Shown: positions 50,037-60,741, numbered from the stretch's first letter. The stretch: DNA of 64,000 nucleotides from Phycisphaerales bacterium (GCA_027451365.1 DAIDJN010000011.1:10048-74047), one strand, 5' to 3'. Translations and numbers: made by a program. The notes: generated from the letters alone by a model not told the origin.

Positions 50037-51098
50037 TTACCCGTTAACCCGCAAAAGAACTTTGCCCATCGGCCCGGCCGCCAGGTGCTTAAACGCTGTC
50101 GGCAAATCAGCAAAATTGAAAATTGCATCCACCAGAGGCTTTTGATTTTTCAGCGCCATTGTCTCCAGCACCTTTTGCCATACCTTCTGCGCCTGCGACG
50201 GCGTGTAATCTCCCACGGAGACGCCACCGATGCGCAGCCGTCGGAAAAACAGCGATGCGGTGTTGAACTGGGGCACCGGACCGGCCAGTCTGCCGACCAC
50301 GCTTATTTTTCCCCATGTCCCCATCACCGTCAGAATTTCCGAAAACTGCTCGCCACCAATGTTGTCCACCACCAGGTCCACCTTTTTCCCATCCAGTTCT
50401 GTCAGCAATCGCTTCCGCCATTGTGTGTCGGCCGGATCCAGTGTGATTCCCGCCCCCAAGGTTGAAAGCCGGGCTCGCTTTTGAGGACTGCGCGAAAGCG
50501 CCGCCACGGTATAACCGAGCGCGGATGCCAGTTGAACCGCGGCCACTCCCACCCCGCCTGAAGCACCCGTCACCAGCACCACCGCCGCCGATGCAGAACT
50601 GCCTGTATTTTGCGTCGAATCGGGTCCATCATCCGCAGTTACTGAATAGACATCGGTTGGTGTTTGGAGGTTCCCCCATTGCGTAAGTGCCTGCCACGCG
50701 GTCATGTACACCAGGCTGGCACCCGCCGATTCCTCCATCGACCAGCCCGCGGGCATCGGTGCCAGACAACCCGCCGGCACCGCAACCCGCTCAGCAAATG
50801 TACCGGCGATATCCACACCCACAGGTCCCCGCAAAATAAGTGCCAAAGCACCAGGCCGCCAAGCGGTCACATCATCCGCCACTTGAACAATTCGCCCAAC
50901 GCCATCCCTGCCCAGCGTATGCGGCATCGCAGGCCGCGCCGGGTACTGCCCCTCCGCCAAATACCGATCCGCCGGATTTAACCCCGCAAAAAGGACCTCC
51001 ATCACCACCTCGCCGGCTTTCGGTTGCGGCTCAGGCACTTGGGCCCGGTGCAGGTTGGAAATGGATCCCAGTTTATCAATCTGCCAAGCTTGCATCAT
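50037..51098 (-). CDS. NADPH:quinone oxidoreductase / MDR-family dehydrogenase
   Basis: GLNPAD...G.YP, VLVTGASGGVG, GKVLL. Confidence 0.9.
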   Translation of the reverse strand: MMQAWQIDKLGSISNLHRAQVPEPQPKAGEVVMEVLFAGLNPADRYLAEGQYPARPAMPHTLGRDGVGRIVQVADDVTAWRPGALALILRGPVGVDIAGTFAERVAVPAGCLAPMPAGWSMEESAGASLVYMTAWQALTQWGNLQTPTDVYSVTADDGPDSTQNTGSSASAAVVLVTGASGGVGVAAVQLASALGYTVAALSRSPQKRARLSTLGAGITLDPADTQWRKRLLTELDGKKVDLVVDNIGGEQFSEILTVMGTWGKISVVGRLAGPVPQFNTASLFFRRLRIGGVSVGDYTPSQAQKVWQKVLETMALKNQKPLVDAIFNFADLPTAFKHLAAGPMGKVLLRVNG

Positions 51099-51244
51099 AA
51101 GGCTTCCGGAACTGGCGACAACACCCGTATCGCCAATGCATTGTAGCCACGCCGCTGCAACGCAGGTATCGCGAATGGAAAACGTGGCAAAAAAAGCCGC
51201 ATGAAACTGGCCATTTCACGCGACTTTCTGAAAATTGGAAAAAT

Positions 51245-51317
51245 TGGGTAGAGCCGGAATCGAACCGGCGACACATGGATTTTCAGTCCATTGCTCTACC
51301 AGCTGAGCTATCTACCC
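51245..51317 (-). tRNA. tRNA-Phe (GAA)
   Basis: Reverse complement GGGTAGATAGCTCAGCTGGTAGAGCAATGGACTGAAAATCCATGTGTCGCCGGTTCGATTCCGGCTCTACCCA; TTGAAA-17-TATTTT promoter at 51334..51362. Confidence 0.96.
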
Positions 51318-51434
51318 GTAGAGTGAATAAGGCAAAATATCCGAAATGCCGTCCTTTTTCAAGGACCACGCGCGGACGCCGTTTTAAAAAATTGTTCATT
51401 TCCGCACTGCGGTCCGCTTTCATCGGTTCCACGG

Positions 51435-52706
51435 CTATTTCGCCCCAATATCCCGCCGATACTGCATTCCCTGAAAATGAATCTTGTCCACCGCTGCGTA
51501 AGCCTGTTTCCGGGCCGCCGGCATGTCCGCACCCAGAGCACACACGCACAATACCCGCCCTCCGCTGGTCACCAGCCGCCCGTCCTTCAGAGCGGTTCCA
51601 CTGTGGAACACCATCACATCCGCCATGGCACTGGCCGTTTCCATACCGGTAATTTCAACGCCGCGTTTCACCTGATCATCCGGCTTCCAGCCATAACCCT
51701 CACTGGCCACCACTACCCCCACAGCGGGGCGCTTGTCCCAGCGCAATGTGACGCGATCCAGCTTGCGATGCACACATGCCAGCATCACTTCCACCAGATC
51801 GCTTTGCAGCCGCATCAGCAGCGGCTGAGTTTCCGGATCGCCGAAACGGCAGTTGAATTCCAGCGCTTTCGGACCGCCTGCTGTCAGCATGAGTCCAGCG
51901 TAAATAATGCCGCGGTAATCAATTTCATGGCGATTTAATGTATCCAGAAGCGGCACAATAATATCCCGCTCCACCGCGGTTTGCATAGCCGTCGTCAGCA
52001 GCGGTGCCGGACTAAACGCCCCCATGCCACCTGTGTTCGGCCCCGTGTCATTGTCGCCGATGCGCTTATGATCCTGCGCGGATTCCATTATGTAGGCGGT
52101 ATGCCCATCCACAAACGCCAGAAGAGAAACTTCCGGGCCATCCAGCCGTTCCTCTATCACGATCGTGCTGCCCGCGGCCCCGAAAATTTTCTTTTCCATG
52201 ATGTCGCGAACTGCGTCCAGGGCGGCCACAGGGTCCGCACATACAATCACACCTTTGCCGCGCGCCAACCCCGCTGCCTTTACCACCAGTGGCTCGTTGC
52301 GGCTTTCCACGAAACTCATCGCGTCGCGCATGGTCGTAAACGCCTTGCCTTCGGCCGTTGGAATCAGCGATTCACGCATGATGCGTTTGGAAAAAGCCTT
52401 GTCCGCTTCCAGCATCGCGCCGGCGCGGCTCGGGCCAAATGCCGCAATGCCTTTGGCGGCCAATGCATCCACCAGGCCCAAGGCCAGCGGGTCTTCCGGC
52501 CCGACCACTACCAGTTCAATTTTTTCCCGCACCGCAAATTCGGTCAGCTCCCCAACCTGGTCGGCCTTAATGGCCACCATGTCGCCCAAGGCCGCCATGC
52601 CCGGATTGCCCGGCGCTATAAACAGCCGGGTGCACAATGGGCTGGATTTGATTTTCCACGCAATCGCGTGCTCGCGCCCACCCGCACCGACAAGAAGAAT
52701 TTTCAT
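51435..52706 (-). CDS. purD: Phosphoribosylamine-glycine ligase
   Basis: GAGGREHAIAW, VVGPE.PL..G, QDHKRI.D.DTGPNTGGMG, EFNCRFGDPETQ, TSGGRVL. Confidence 0.97.
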   Translation of the reverse strand: MKILLVGAGGREHAIAWKIKSSPLCTRLFIAPGNPGMAALGDMVAIKADQVGELTEFAVREKIELVVVGPEDPLALGLVDALAAKGIAAFGPSRAGAMLEADKAFSKRIMRESLIPTAEGKAFTTMRDAMSFVESRNEPLVVKAAGLARGKGVIVCADPVAALDAVRDIMEKKIFGAAGSTIVIEERLDGPEVSLLAFVDGHTAYIMESAQDHKRIGDNDTGPNTGGMGAFSPAPLLTTAMQTAVERDIIVPLLDTLNRHEIDYRGIIYAGLMLTAGGPKALEFNCRFGDPETQPLLMRLQSDLVEVMLACVHRKLDRVTLRWDKRPAVGVVVASEGYGWKPDDQVKRGVEITGMETASAMADVMVFHSGTALKDGRLVTSGGRVLCVCALGADMPAARKQAYAAVDKIHFQGMQYRRDIGAK

Positions 52707-52732
52707 CTGTTGTTTCCGGCAGTTTTATGTTA

Positions 52733-53296
52733 TCAGGATTTAAGCATGCCCGCTTCGCGGGCATACTGGAACACGCCGCCGGCTTCAATAATCGGGGCCA
52801 CATCCCCCAGCGGCTTGAGCATATGCGTGGTCTTGCGGGTTTCATTGGTCAAAGTGTGGGCATTTAAATTCACCGTCAATTCATCTCCGGTGTGAATTTT
52901 GTCCACCAGCCGATCAACCGATTCACAAGGTACCAGATACCCGCCATTCACACAGTTGCGGAAAAATATGCGGGCATAAAATTCCGCAATCACCACCGTC
53001 GCTCCAGCTTCCGCAATTGCCAGCGGTGCATGCTCACGCGAACTTCCGCAGCCGAAATTCTTGCCCCCCACGACAATGGTGTAATCCGTCTTGAATTCAT
53101 TGGGCCGCACGAACCGCTGATTGCCCTTCGGCAACCCCATTTGGCCCGCCGGAACTCCGTCCATCGCATACATGCCAAAATAGCGCCGTTCCGCAGGATC
53201 AGACGGGTTATAGCTTAGAAACTTGGCGGGAATGATCTGGTCGGTGTCAACGTTGTCACCCAGAACATAGGCCTTCCCGCGAATGATGTTTTCCAT
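52733..53296 (-). CDS. leuD: 3-isopropylmalate dehydratase small subunit (short LeuD/HacB type)
   Basis: [38 protein letters not shown]. Confidence 0.88.
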   Translation of the reverse strand: MENIIRGKAYVLGDNVDTDQIIPAKFLSYNPSDPAERRYFGMYAMDGVPAGQMGLPKGNQRFVRPNEFKTDYTIVVGGKNFGCGSSREHAPLAIAEAGATVVIAEFYARIFFRNCVNGGYLVPCESVDRLVDKIHTGDELTVNLNAHTLTNETRKTTHMLKPLGDVAPIIEAGGVFQYAREAGMLKS

Positions 53297-53459
53297 GGTA
53301 AATTCCTTTATATCAATTACCAGCTAAAGTTTAGAACAACCCGGTCCGGCTCACAAGGCCCCCCGGATTTTCGTACGAATCCATCCGAATTGCAGAAATG
53401 GAAACGCACGATTTTATGGGCTTCCGCCAGTCATTTATCCCGATCACGCGATTCGAATT

Positions 53460-54227
53460 TCAGTTACCCGTCGAAGTTTTGAACAATTGCGGAAAGGGGC
53501 CCTTTATCCGCTGAAAAAATGGATGATCCAAATCTAAACTTGCGGTTACCGACCGCGCCTCAGGTGCCACCGGCTTCACTGCGTTCGCTGCAGGCGGTTG
53601 AATTACCGCTGGCGCCGCCGGTTGCACTTTCGCTGCTCCCGCTTGCGGCGTGCCACCCACTTGTGTTGTCACACCCGACTGATCGGCAGCTACAACCTTT
53701 TTTGCAATACCCGCTCCTGCCACTGCCGACGGTTTGGATTTCGCCGCCGTCGCGACGGTTCCCGGTGACGCAGTTCCGACCGGGCCACCCACCAGCAATG
53801 CGCTTAACGGCTGCCAGTAAATCCAGCAGATCAACAGTCCCACGGTCACCGCGCTTATACCCATGCCCATCAGCCAGTAAAGCGTCCGTGAAGTACCTGA
53901 CTTCCGGTTGCGACGATGTCTCTCCGCCGCTGCCGACAGGTCCTCCAGGCCCTCCGTATAATCCGCATTCGTCGGCTGAACGTCGTCCGCCTGGCCGGAC
54001 TGAACCGGTCCCCGCCAAAGCGCTGCCAGCGGTGGCGACACCGGCTTAACCGCAGCCTCCGTCACATCGTTCATTTTGGGTTCCGTGGCGGCACCAGGCA
54101 TGGATTGCGCGGCGTTTGCCGTTAGTGGTAATTGGCCCGTTGACGGGCTTGCCTTGCCCTCCGCCTTCACCGGCGGCCGAAGGACTCCATTCAACTTCAG
54201 GCCAAATTGTGTTTCATCGGAACTCAT
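53460..54227 (-). CDS. Hypothetical single-pass membrane protein
   Basis: GAGG RBS; one TM (LYWLMGMGISAVTVGLLICWIYW) between Pro/Ala-rich segments. Confidence 0.6.
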   Translation of the reverse strand: MSSDETQFGLKLNGVLRPPVKAEGKASPSTGQLPLTANAAQSMPGAATEPKMNDVTEAAVKPVSPPLAALWRGPVQSGQADDVQPTNADYTEGLEDLSAAAERHRRNRKSGTSRTLYWLMGMGISAVTVGLLICWIYWQPLSALLVGGPVGTASPGTVATAAKSKPSAVAGAGIAKKVVAADQSGVTTQVGGTPQAGAAKVQPAAPAVIQPPAANAVKPVAPEARSVTASLDLDHPFFQRIKGPFPQLFKTSTGN

Positions 54228-54488
54228 AGTACCTCACCATGGTCATCCATTACCAAGGCCGATTCCTCGCGCGGACACACGGCCGGTTACACGCCGGCGC
54301 GGCCTTTTTTTTTCGTCCCGTCCGAACGCGAGTACCAGCGCCAACGGGCGCGGTGTTCCATCTATTATTATCGGTTAGGCCACAAAAGAGAAGCCACCGC
54401 AAATACTATTTTTTATCGCAGCCTGCCGACTTTTATGGGGACCTCGGATAAATTTATGCCCGCATGAAGAACGGAGTCTCCACGGCAG

Positions 54489-54624
54489 CCTGAGAATTTG
54501 TGAATCTATATTCGTCAAAAGTATAAATGGAATGTTGCTGAATGACACTACGAGCGCAGTTGAGCGCCTCCCAAGTGATTCCTTGCGCCCACTTTCAATT
54601 TGCTCCCGTTCACCAGTTCTCAGG
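54489..54624 (+). ncRNA. Candidate structured RNA element upstream of the cysteine desulfurase
   Basis: 17-position closing helix (one mismatch, two G-U) and inner 12-bp helix found by eye. Confidence 0.3.
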
Positions 54625-54852
54625 TGAGCCAAGCGGCGAAATCCGATTTGTGGCAGGGGCTGCCCATCAGAATTGAATCGGCCCCCGAGCGGCTTATTTC
54701 GTTGATGCGGATGGGTGTCTTCGCCCCATCCGTGCCTGACCGAGATTGCCGCCAATTTGTTATCTGACCCGCGGGCGCTATAAAATACCCAGCACGGCGG
54801 GACAAGCCCGCCGGCCCGGATCGCCGTCCGGCTATGAAAGGATATTGCCCGC

Positions 54853-56085
54853 ATGCAGGAACAGATTCAAAGCGACGAACGCATCTATGCCGATAACGCC
54901 GCCACCAGTTTTCCCAAACCGCCCGAAGTACTCAATGCCATAATCGATTACGCCCGGCGAATTGGTGCTTCGGCCGGCCGCGGCAGCTACGCCGAAGCCA
55001 GAGAATCCGCCGAGGTCATCGCCCTTTGCCGTCGGCGTCTGAACATTCTTTTTCATGGAGAAAATCCCAACCATTTTATTTTCACTCTTAATTGCACCGA
55101 TGCCCTGAACATGGCCATTGGCGGCTGGCTGAAACCGGGCGACCATGCAGTCTGTACCGCTATGGATCACAACAGTATCCTCCGCCCCCTCAATGAATTG
55201 GCGCGCCGTGGCATAATCACACAAACCCGCGTGGCCGCGGACCCCGCCACCGGCATCGTGAACCCGCGCGACATTGCCGCCGCAATAGGCCCCAGCACGC
55301 GACTCGTCGCCGTGGGGCACGCCAGCAACGTCACCGGCACCGTGCAGAATATCTCCGAAATCGGGCGGCTGACTCGTAAAACCGGGGCGGCGTTTCTTGT
55401 GGATGCGGCGCAAACAGCAGGCCATCTGCCACTGGACGTTCAGCGCGACAATATAGATTTCCTTGCCGCACCGGGCCACAAGGGACTTCTCGGACCGTTG
55501 GGAACCGGGTTTTTGTATATTCGCCCCGGCCTGCAGGACCGGCTTTCCACCATTCGCCAGGGTGGAACGGGTTCCGTCAGCGATCAGGATATTCAACCCG
55601 CTTTCATGCCCGACAAGTTTGAGCCCGGTTCGCATAATGCCCTCGGCATCGCCGGTCTTTCCGCTGGAATCGCCTGGATTCTTAAACAGGAAATTGAATC
55701 GCTTGCCATTCATCAGACGGAACTGTGCAGTGAGTTTATAAAAGTCGTACGAACCGTTCGCCCGTTAACATTTCTCGGCCCGCAAACTGCGGCGGACCGC
55801 GTCGGAGTGTTCAGCGTGCGACTAAGCGGCCACGACCCGCTGCAACTTGCCACGCAGCTTGAAAATGATTTTCACATTCTAACCCGCGCCGGACTGCATT
55901 GTGCGCCGGGCGCTCATCAAACCATGGGAACCCACACTCCAGCTGCCGAATTGCCGCATGGATCACCAGGAACCACACGGTTGAGCTTCGGACCATTTTT
56001 GTCCGTCCAACAGGTCCGCGCCTGCGGCGAAGCGCTGGCGGCCATTGCCGCGGGTGCCACCGCCCCGACCGCGGAACTTCGTTAA
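54853..56085 (+). CDS. Cysteine desulfurase family PLP enzyme (aminotransferase class V)
   Basis: YADNAATSFPKP, HASNVTG, DAAQTAG, PGHKGLLGP.GTG, RAGLHCA. Confidence 0.92.
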   Translation: MQEQIQSDERIYADNAATSFPKPPEVLNAIIDYARRIGASAGRGSYAEARESAEVIALCRRRLNILFHGENPNHFIFTLNCTDALNMAIGGWLKPGDHAVCTAMDHNSILRPLNELARRGIITQTRVAADPATGIVNPRDIAAAIGPSTRLVAVGHASNVTGTVQNISEIGRLTRKTGAAFLVDAAQTAGHLPLDVQRDNIDFLAAPGHKGLLGPLGTGFLYIRPGLQDRLSTIRQGGTGSVSDQDIQPAFMPDKFEPGSHNALGIAGLSAGIAWILKQEIESLAIHQTELCSEFIKVVRTVRPLTFLGPQTAADRVGVFSVRLSGHDPLQLATQLENDFHILTRAGLHCAPGAHQTMGTHTPAAELPHGSPGTTRLSFGPFLSVQQVRACGEALAAIAAGATAPTAELR

Positions 56086-56272
56086 GACCTGGCCAGAACG
56101 GTTCGACGAATCTGGCCGCACGCCCTGCCCCGGCAAGCTTTGGCGATGGCAATAGTCGTCGTGGCCAACCATTGCCGCAACGCATGCCGCAATTGCCAAG
56201 CCGGACGATTCGGCAAATGGGGGTTGCTCATTGTCTGCCACCATCCGATTCATCTGTCCCGGATGGCTCTAC

Positions 56273-57172
56273 TCAGGGAGCCTGCCCCATCGACGGCTTT
56301 TTGACCACCTTTTCCGGCCGCGCGGTAAGGGTAATCAAAAACACACCGGCGGTCGCAATGCCGCCTCCCAGCAGCGTCAGTCCGGTCGGAATTTCTCCCA
56401 GCCACAACCAGGCCATACCGATGGCAATTACCGGCATCAGGTACTGATATCCGCACAGCGCGCTGGCCGACACTTGTGAAAGCACATAATTCCACGTGTA
56501 AAACGCCAGTGCCGCCGGAAACACACCCAGATAAATGGCCGCACAAACCGCGCTTGCCGGCGCGCTGTGCAGATGTCGCCACAACAGGCCGGAAAACGGC
56601 AAAAGTTCCAGCGTCGCCGCCCAGATGGCCCACGTCGTCAGTTCCAATGGCGTATATCGCTCCATTAACGGCTTTTCCACCACCACATACGCCGCACTGC
56701 TCAGCGATGCCGTCAGCACCAGCAGCGCCCCCCAACTGCCGGAAAGCCCATTGTTGCGGCCCAGCACAATCAGCGCTGTGCCCGCCAGACTGACCAGCAG
56801 GCCGATCCACCCACGGACATTTAATTTTTCCCTTAAAAACCAGCCCGCCAGAAGCGCTGTAAAAATCGGCGAGGTGTTGATCAGCAGCGATGCCGTACCC
56901 GCCGAAACCGTGGCCTCCCCGGCGTTTAGTGTCAGGTTGTACAGTGCAAATCCCAGAAAGCCCAGCACAAAGATAATGGGCAGATCAGCTATTTTCGGCC
57001 AGAATTGAGCCCTGCGAAAGGCAAACAGGCTCAGCGCCGCCGACGCACTGATAAACCGCAGCAAGGCCAGATCGCCATAGCCAAATCCGGTCAAGCCTAC
57101 CCGTATAGCCACAAACGCCGACGCCCACAATACAAGAGATATTAGTAAATATAAATAATTGCGAATCGCCAT
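56273..57172 (-). CDS. EamA/DMT family transporter
   Basis: LWASAFVAIR, two EamA repeats, LGE motif, about 10 TMs. Confidence 0.92.
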   Translation of the reverse strand: MAIRNYLYLLISLVLWASAFVAIRVGLTGFGYGDLALLRFISASAALSLFAFRRAQFWPKIADLPIIFVLGFLGFALYNLTLNAGEATVSAGTASLLINTSPIFTALLAGWFLREKLNVRGWIGLLVSLAGTALIVLGRNNGLSGSWGALLVLTASLSSAAYVVVEKPLMERYTPLELTTWAIWAATLELLPFSGLLWRHLHSAPASAVCAAIYLGVFPAALAFYTWNYVLSQVSASALCGYQYLMPVIAIGMAWLWLGEIPTGLTLLGGGIATAGVFLITLTARPEKVVKKPSMGQAP

Positions 57173-57811
57173 AGGACTCCATTCCGCGGCTCCATGCGCA
57201 CCGTTGACCACAGTTCGCTTTCGCTATGTTATTCGCAAACTCCCGCCAACTCAAAACATCCCAGGCCACCACCGCTGGCCACGCGCCTGTGACTGACGCC
57301 TGAAGCCGAAGACAGGCTTGAGGGCATTTCCATGTCCTGGCCGCTCGGGCACATTTAGACTCTCTTGACGCGCAAATGACCTCCAGGAAAGCCCGCACTT
57401 TGGCCGTCATGCGAGATTTATGGACAAAGCTCGCTGTTTTCGACGTCTGTTGGAACAACAAAAGCGGATCGGCTGGTCAGTCGGATCGTGCGATCTTACC
57501 ATCGCGGGTGCCGCATAATCGTCGCAGGCGGCAGGTTCGCACTATTGCGGTTGAAAGCGAATCTGGCCAGACGCGCCAGTGTCATGGAATTTTATGAACG
57601 CGACAGCCCGCCTTTTCAGTCCGCCGTCACACCACTCATTTACCCGGCTGGCGGCCACACCTATCGGCGGTATTATTCAGGCCGTCAGCCTGGCATTGAA
57701 CGTATTCGCCACTATAAAGCTTATAATCTAGATATCTCTATTTAATATCAGTATTAATCTCACCACCGCTATATCCCTCGCCGTATGCGGCACGCGTCCG
57801 ATGGGCCGGTC

Positions 57812-59422
57812 TTATTTTGTACTGGCCGCAACACCGTGACCCCGCGGCGAATGGTGACCATGCCGACCGGCCCCGCCACGGGCCGTTAGAAAATCGGTGC
57901 GAATCAGGGCAAACAGCAGCACCATGAATACCAGCGCACAGGAAATTGCCGTAGTCATCGCTTTCAGTCGGCGACCGCGGCCGTCCGCCTGCACGGGCGC
58001 GTGCAACAGGCAAAATGCTTCGCTGTGAATGGCTGCCTCGGCCACACCGGCCGCACGGAGCGCTTCGATCATGCCCGTGGTAAATGCACCGGGGCCGCAA
58101 ATCCAGAAGGTTTTTCCCTTTAACACGCCGGCGCAGTATTTTCTGATCAACGCAATGTCGATTCGGCCATTTTCGCCATGCCATTGATCGTCCGCCCGAC
58201 TTAATACATGAACCACGCGAAGGCTGCCATTGCTTTGAATGCGGTACTGTTCAAGTTCGTCAAAAAAGGGAATATCGCCGACAGATTTATTGGCATATAA
58301 CAACAATACCCGCCGCTTGTCCGCGCGATCCATTAACCACCGGATCATGCTGCGAAACGGCGTGATGCCGATGCCGCCCGCGATAAACACCAGTTCGTCG
58401 CTTTCACGGTGAAACTGATGTGAAAAGCGGCCGAATGGGCCATGCACCGTGACGTCATCCCCTGGTTTTGTCATGCCCATGGTTCGCGTAAAATCTCCAA
58501 GCTCTTTAATGGCCAGCATCAATCCGTCGGTCTCAGTGGGACTGGAGGCGATGGTCCAAGCGTGTTCTTCACCCGGGGCATCGGCTCCAGAGCGGTGGAA
58601 ATGAAAAAAAGCGAATTGTCCCGGACGATAGCGTAATGATCGCCCCCCGGCACCCGGCTGCAATTTAACCTGCCATACGCCCCCACTGATTTTAGAAACA
58701 GCTTGCACCACATAGCGGTATTCTTTCAGGCGGTGCGGCCGAAGGATATGACTCCACACGATAGACCACAATGCCGCCGCAATGGCGATAAAGACCGTTA
58801 TCCGCAGTGGCCAAGGCGCGAACGCTCTGCTGGAAAGCAGGGCGTGCGTAAAGGCGACAACCAGTACCGCCAGCCCCAGAACGCGATGGGTCACACGCCA
58901 GTTTTCAAATTCCACACGCAGTTGAGATCTATAAATACTTACAATTATCTGCGCTGTCAGCAGCAAAATGGCAATTCGTCCGAACTGCAAATTCCATGGC
59001 AGCCATAGCCGTGTCAGCAGACCGATGTTCAGGTAAGACAACAGCGCAATATGCAGCAGAATCGCACAGAAGCCGACAATTGCCATGCGGCGGTGAAAAA
59101 GCATGACGGCATCCAGCCCGAATGGATCCGTGATCCAGTAATATCGGGCGGCCAGAATGAAACTCGTGGCGATGATCATCAGGCCGCCCAGCCCGGCGCC
59201 TAATGCGATCTGTTTGATAAACTGCCCCGCGGGCACGACTGCGCCGGCGGATGCCAATGCCAAAGGCCCAAGAATCGCGGCAAGATACAACAGGATCAGA
59301 AAAATCGCCCGCCGCGGCCAGGAGGCTGTTTGATCGGGCGTTGGGGGGACGGTTGTGTATGCGGTCTGTACAGCGGCTGTTGTCATCTTTCCAATCCTTG
59401 GCATCACTTTCTGCGTCCGCAA
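57812..59422 (-). CDS. Ferric reductase-like membrane flavocytochrome (TM heme domain plus FAD/NAD-binding domains)
   Basis: FHRRMA, THRVL, FTHAL heme ligands; PGQFAF, EEHAWTIASSP, IKELGDFT, IAGGIGITPF, ICGP. Confidence 0.88.
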   Translation of the reverse strand: MRTQKVMPRIGKMTTAAVQTAYTTVPPTPDQTASWPRRAIFLILLYLAAILGPLALASAGAVVPAGQFIKQIALGAGLGGLMIIATSFILAARYYWITDPFGLDAVMLFHRRMAIVGFCAILLHIALLSYLNIGLLTRLWLPWNLQFGRIAILLLTAQIIVSIYRSQLRVEFENWRVTHRVLGLAVLVVAFTHALLSSRAFAPWPLRITVFIAIAAALWSIVWSHILRPHRLKEYRYVVQAVSKISGGVWQVKLQPGAGGRSLRYRPGQFAFFHFHRSGADAPGEEHAWTIASSPTETDGLMLAIKELGDFTRTMGMTKPGDDVTVHGPFGRFSHQFHRESDELVFIAGGIGITPFRSMIRWLMDRADKRRVLLLYANKSVGDIPFFDELEQYRIQSNGSLRVVHVLSRADDQWHGENGRIDIALIRKYCAGVLKGKTFWICGPGAFTTGMIEALRAAGVAEAAIHSEAFCLLHAPVQADGRGRRLKAMTTAISCALVFMVLLFALIRTDFLTARGGAGRHGHHSPRGHGVAASTK

Positions 59423-59490
59423 AAATGGCGCGGCATTTGTAGTATACGCCTTTACCCCGGCAAAGGTTGCCGCAGCAGGATAACGCGGCC

Positions 59491-59641
59491 ATAACTGTTT
59501 ACCGTTCTGCGGCCGCAGTGGATAAGTTCAGAAAAAGTCGAGCAGGACATCGGTAAGCAGGCCGGGATTTTTACCGGCCCAGGCGGTCATGAGGAGGGTT
59601 TTGATCATTTCAAACAGTGGCCGATTCTGCTGACGGGCCGC
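59491..59641 (-). mobile_element. IS66-family remnant: transposase C-terminus and right end
   Basis: Minus-strand peptide ARQQNRPLFEMIKTLLMTAWAGKNPGLLTDVLLDFF* (stop 59528-30) resembles TnpC C-termini; ends GGTAAACAGTTAT versus the IS66 '...TTAC' terminus. Confidence 0.6.
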
Positions 59642-59752
59642 AAGGCAGCCCCTACGCTCGCCCTTCGGGCTCCCTGCGGGGCTGCCTTGTTAGGGAGGAA
59701 GACTCTCTCTTAGCAAAGCCTGTTTTGCGCCCAGTTGACAGGGAGTACCTCA
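59641..59752 (+). mobile_element. IS3-family right-end remnant
   Basis: CAAGGCAGCCCC..GCTCGCCCTTCGGGCTC..GGGGCTGCCTTG hairpin, then CCAGTTGACAGGGAGTACCTCA ending in CA, similar to IS3-family IRR. Confidence 0.5.
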
Positions 59753-59754
59753 AC

Positions 59755-60741
59755 CTATACAACCGCATCGCCGCTTGGCGGTGATGCTGCCAGAGCCCTG
59801 GGGAGCGGTTCCATGGCGGAGATGAGTTGTACTGAAATGACTTGGACACTACAGACAGTTATTATTAGTAGAAATATTTCCACCTCCGCCTGAATCCCAC
59901 CCATCCGGTAGTGGGGCGGAATTTGCGCAAGAAATGACAGCCCGTCCAGGTAAAAGGAAATGCCTCCCGTCCATATGATCCAGTGGCATACGCGTCTGTA
60001 GACTGGAATTTGGCCTGGAAGGATCGGCTGGTCCCATTTCACACGAAACGTGCACATAAGCGATGCCCCGGCCGCAGCAAACGCACACAGCGTGCCTCCC
60101 GCCGCAAGCAGCGCCGCTGAAGGATTGCCGACGATCCAGCCCCACGTCGGCAGGTTCCACAGGAACACCGCCGACATCTCAGCATAGGCGAGGACCACGA
60201 CATACTTGGTCGTTCTACCAAGAATCGCCGTGCCAGGGCCCGCCCCGCGGTCCAGACCGACGAGCCCGCAAAGCGGAATGAACGCAACGCAGCCCAACCA
60301 TGCGCTAACAAGCAGCAGAAAAAATGGGGGCAACGGGCGGACTGGGCCGACGAACCCATTCACCGTCGGCACAACAGACACCATCCCGGCTATCAACAAG
60401 CCCCTGATCTCATACCGCAACCACTTCTCCGGCACATACGGCTGGACACGGCCGATAAAGGTCGGCGGAGAGGGAAATAGTCCTGCGGATTCAATTAAAT
60501 GTCCGCCAGTGCCTTGGGGCTTTGCACGCCCGGATCGGAGTCGAATATACTTGAGGAAAAGCCGCGCCTCTATAATCACTTCCGCTTCGAAGCCGCCAAT
60601 AAGAATCGCCGTAAGGAAGGAACTGGTTGAGTGGTTTAACCGCATCCCCAGCGCCGCCACGCATCCCGCAAATCCAAACAGGATATTGAACAACGTGATA
60701 CCTAACATGGCCAAACTTGGGCCACTTCGATTCGGAGTCAT
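59755..60741 (-). CDS. Multi-pass membrane protein, putative immunity protein for the upstream Rhs toxin
   Basis: About 8 hydrophobic segments; directly downstream of the orphan Rhs-CT; start uncertain. Confidence 0.6.
   Translation of the reverse strand: MTPNRSGPSLAMLGITLFNILFGFAGCVAALGMRLNHSTSSFLTAILIGGFEAEVIIEARLFLKYIRLRSGRAKPQGTGGHLIESAGLFPSPPTFIGRVQPYVPEKWLRYEIRGLLIAGMVSVVPTVNGFVGPVRPLPPFFLLLVSAWLGCVAFIPLCGLVGLDRGAGPGTAILGRTTKYVVVLAYAEMSAVFLWNLPTWGWIVGNPSAALLAAGGTLCAFAAAGASLMCTFRVKWDQPILPGQIPVYRRVCHWIIWTGGISFYLDGLSFLAQIPPHYRMGGIQAEVEIFLLIITVCSVQVISVQLISAMEPLPRALAASPPSGDAVV

Noticed and set aside
57400..57520. Possible VapC/PIN toxin remnant (LLEQQKRIGWSVGSCDLTIAGAA)
   Set aside because: Resemblance covers about 20 aa, needs frameshifts and lacks the N-terminal and C-terminal acidic motifs; cannot be supported without a search
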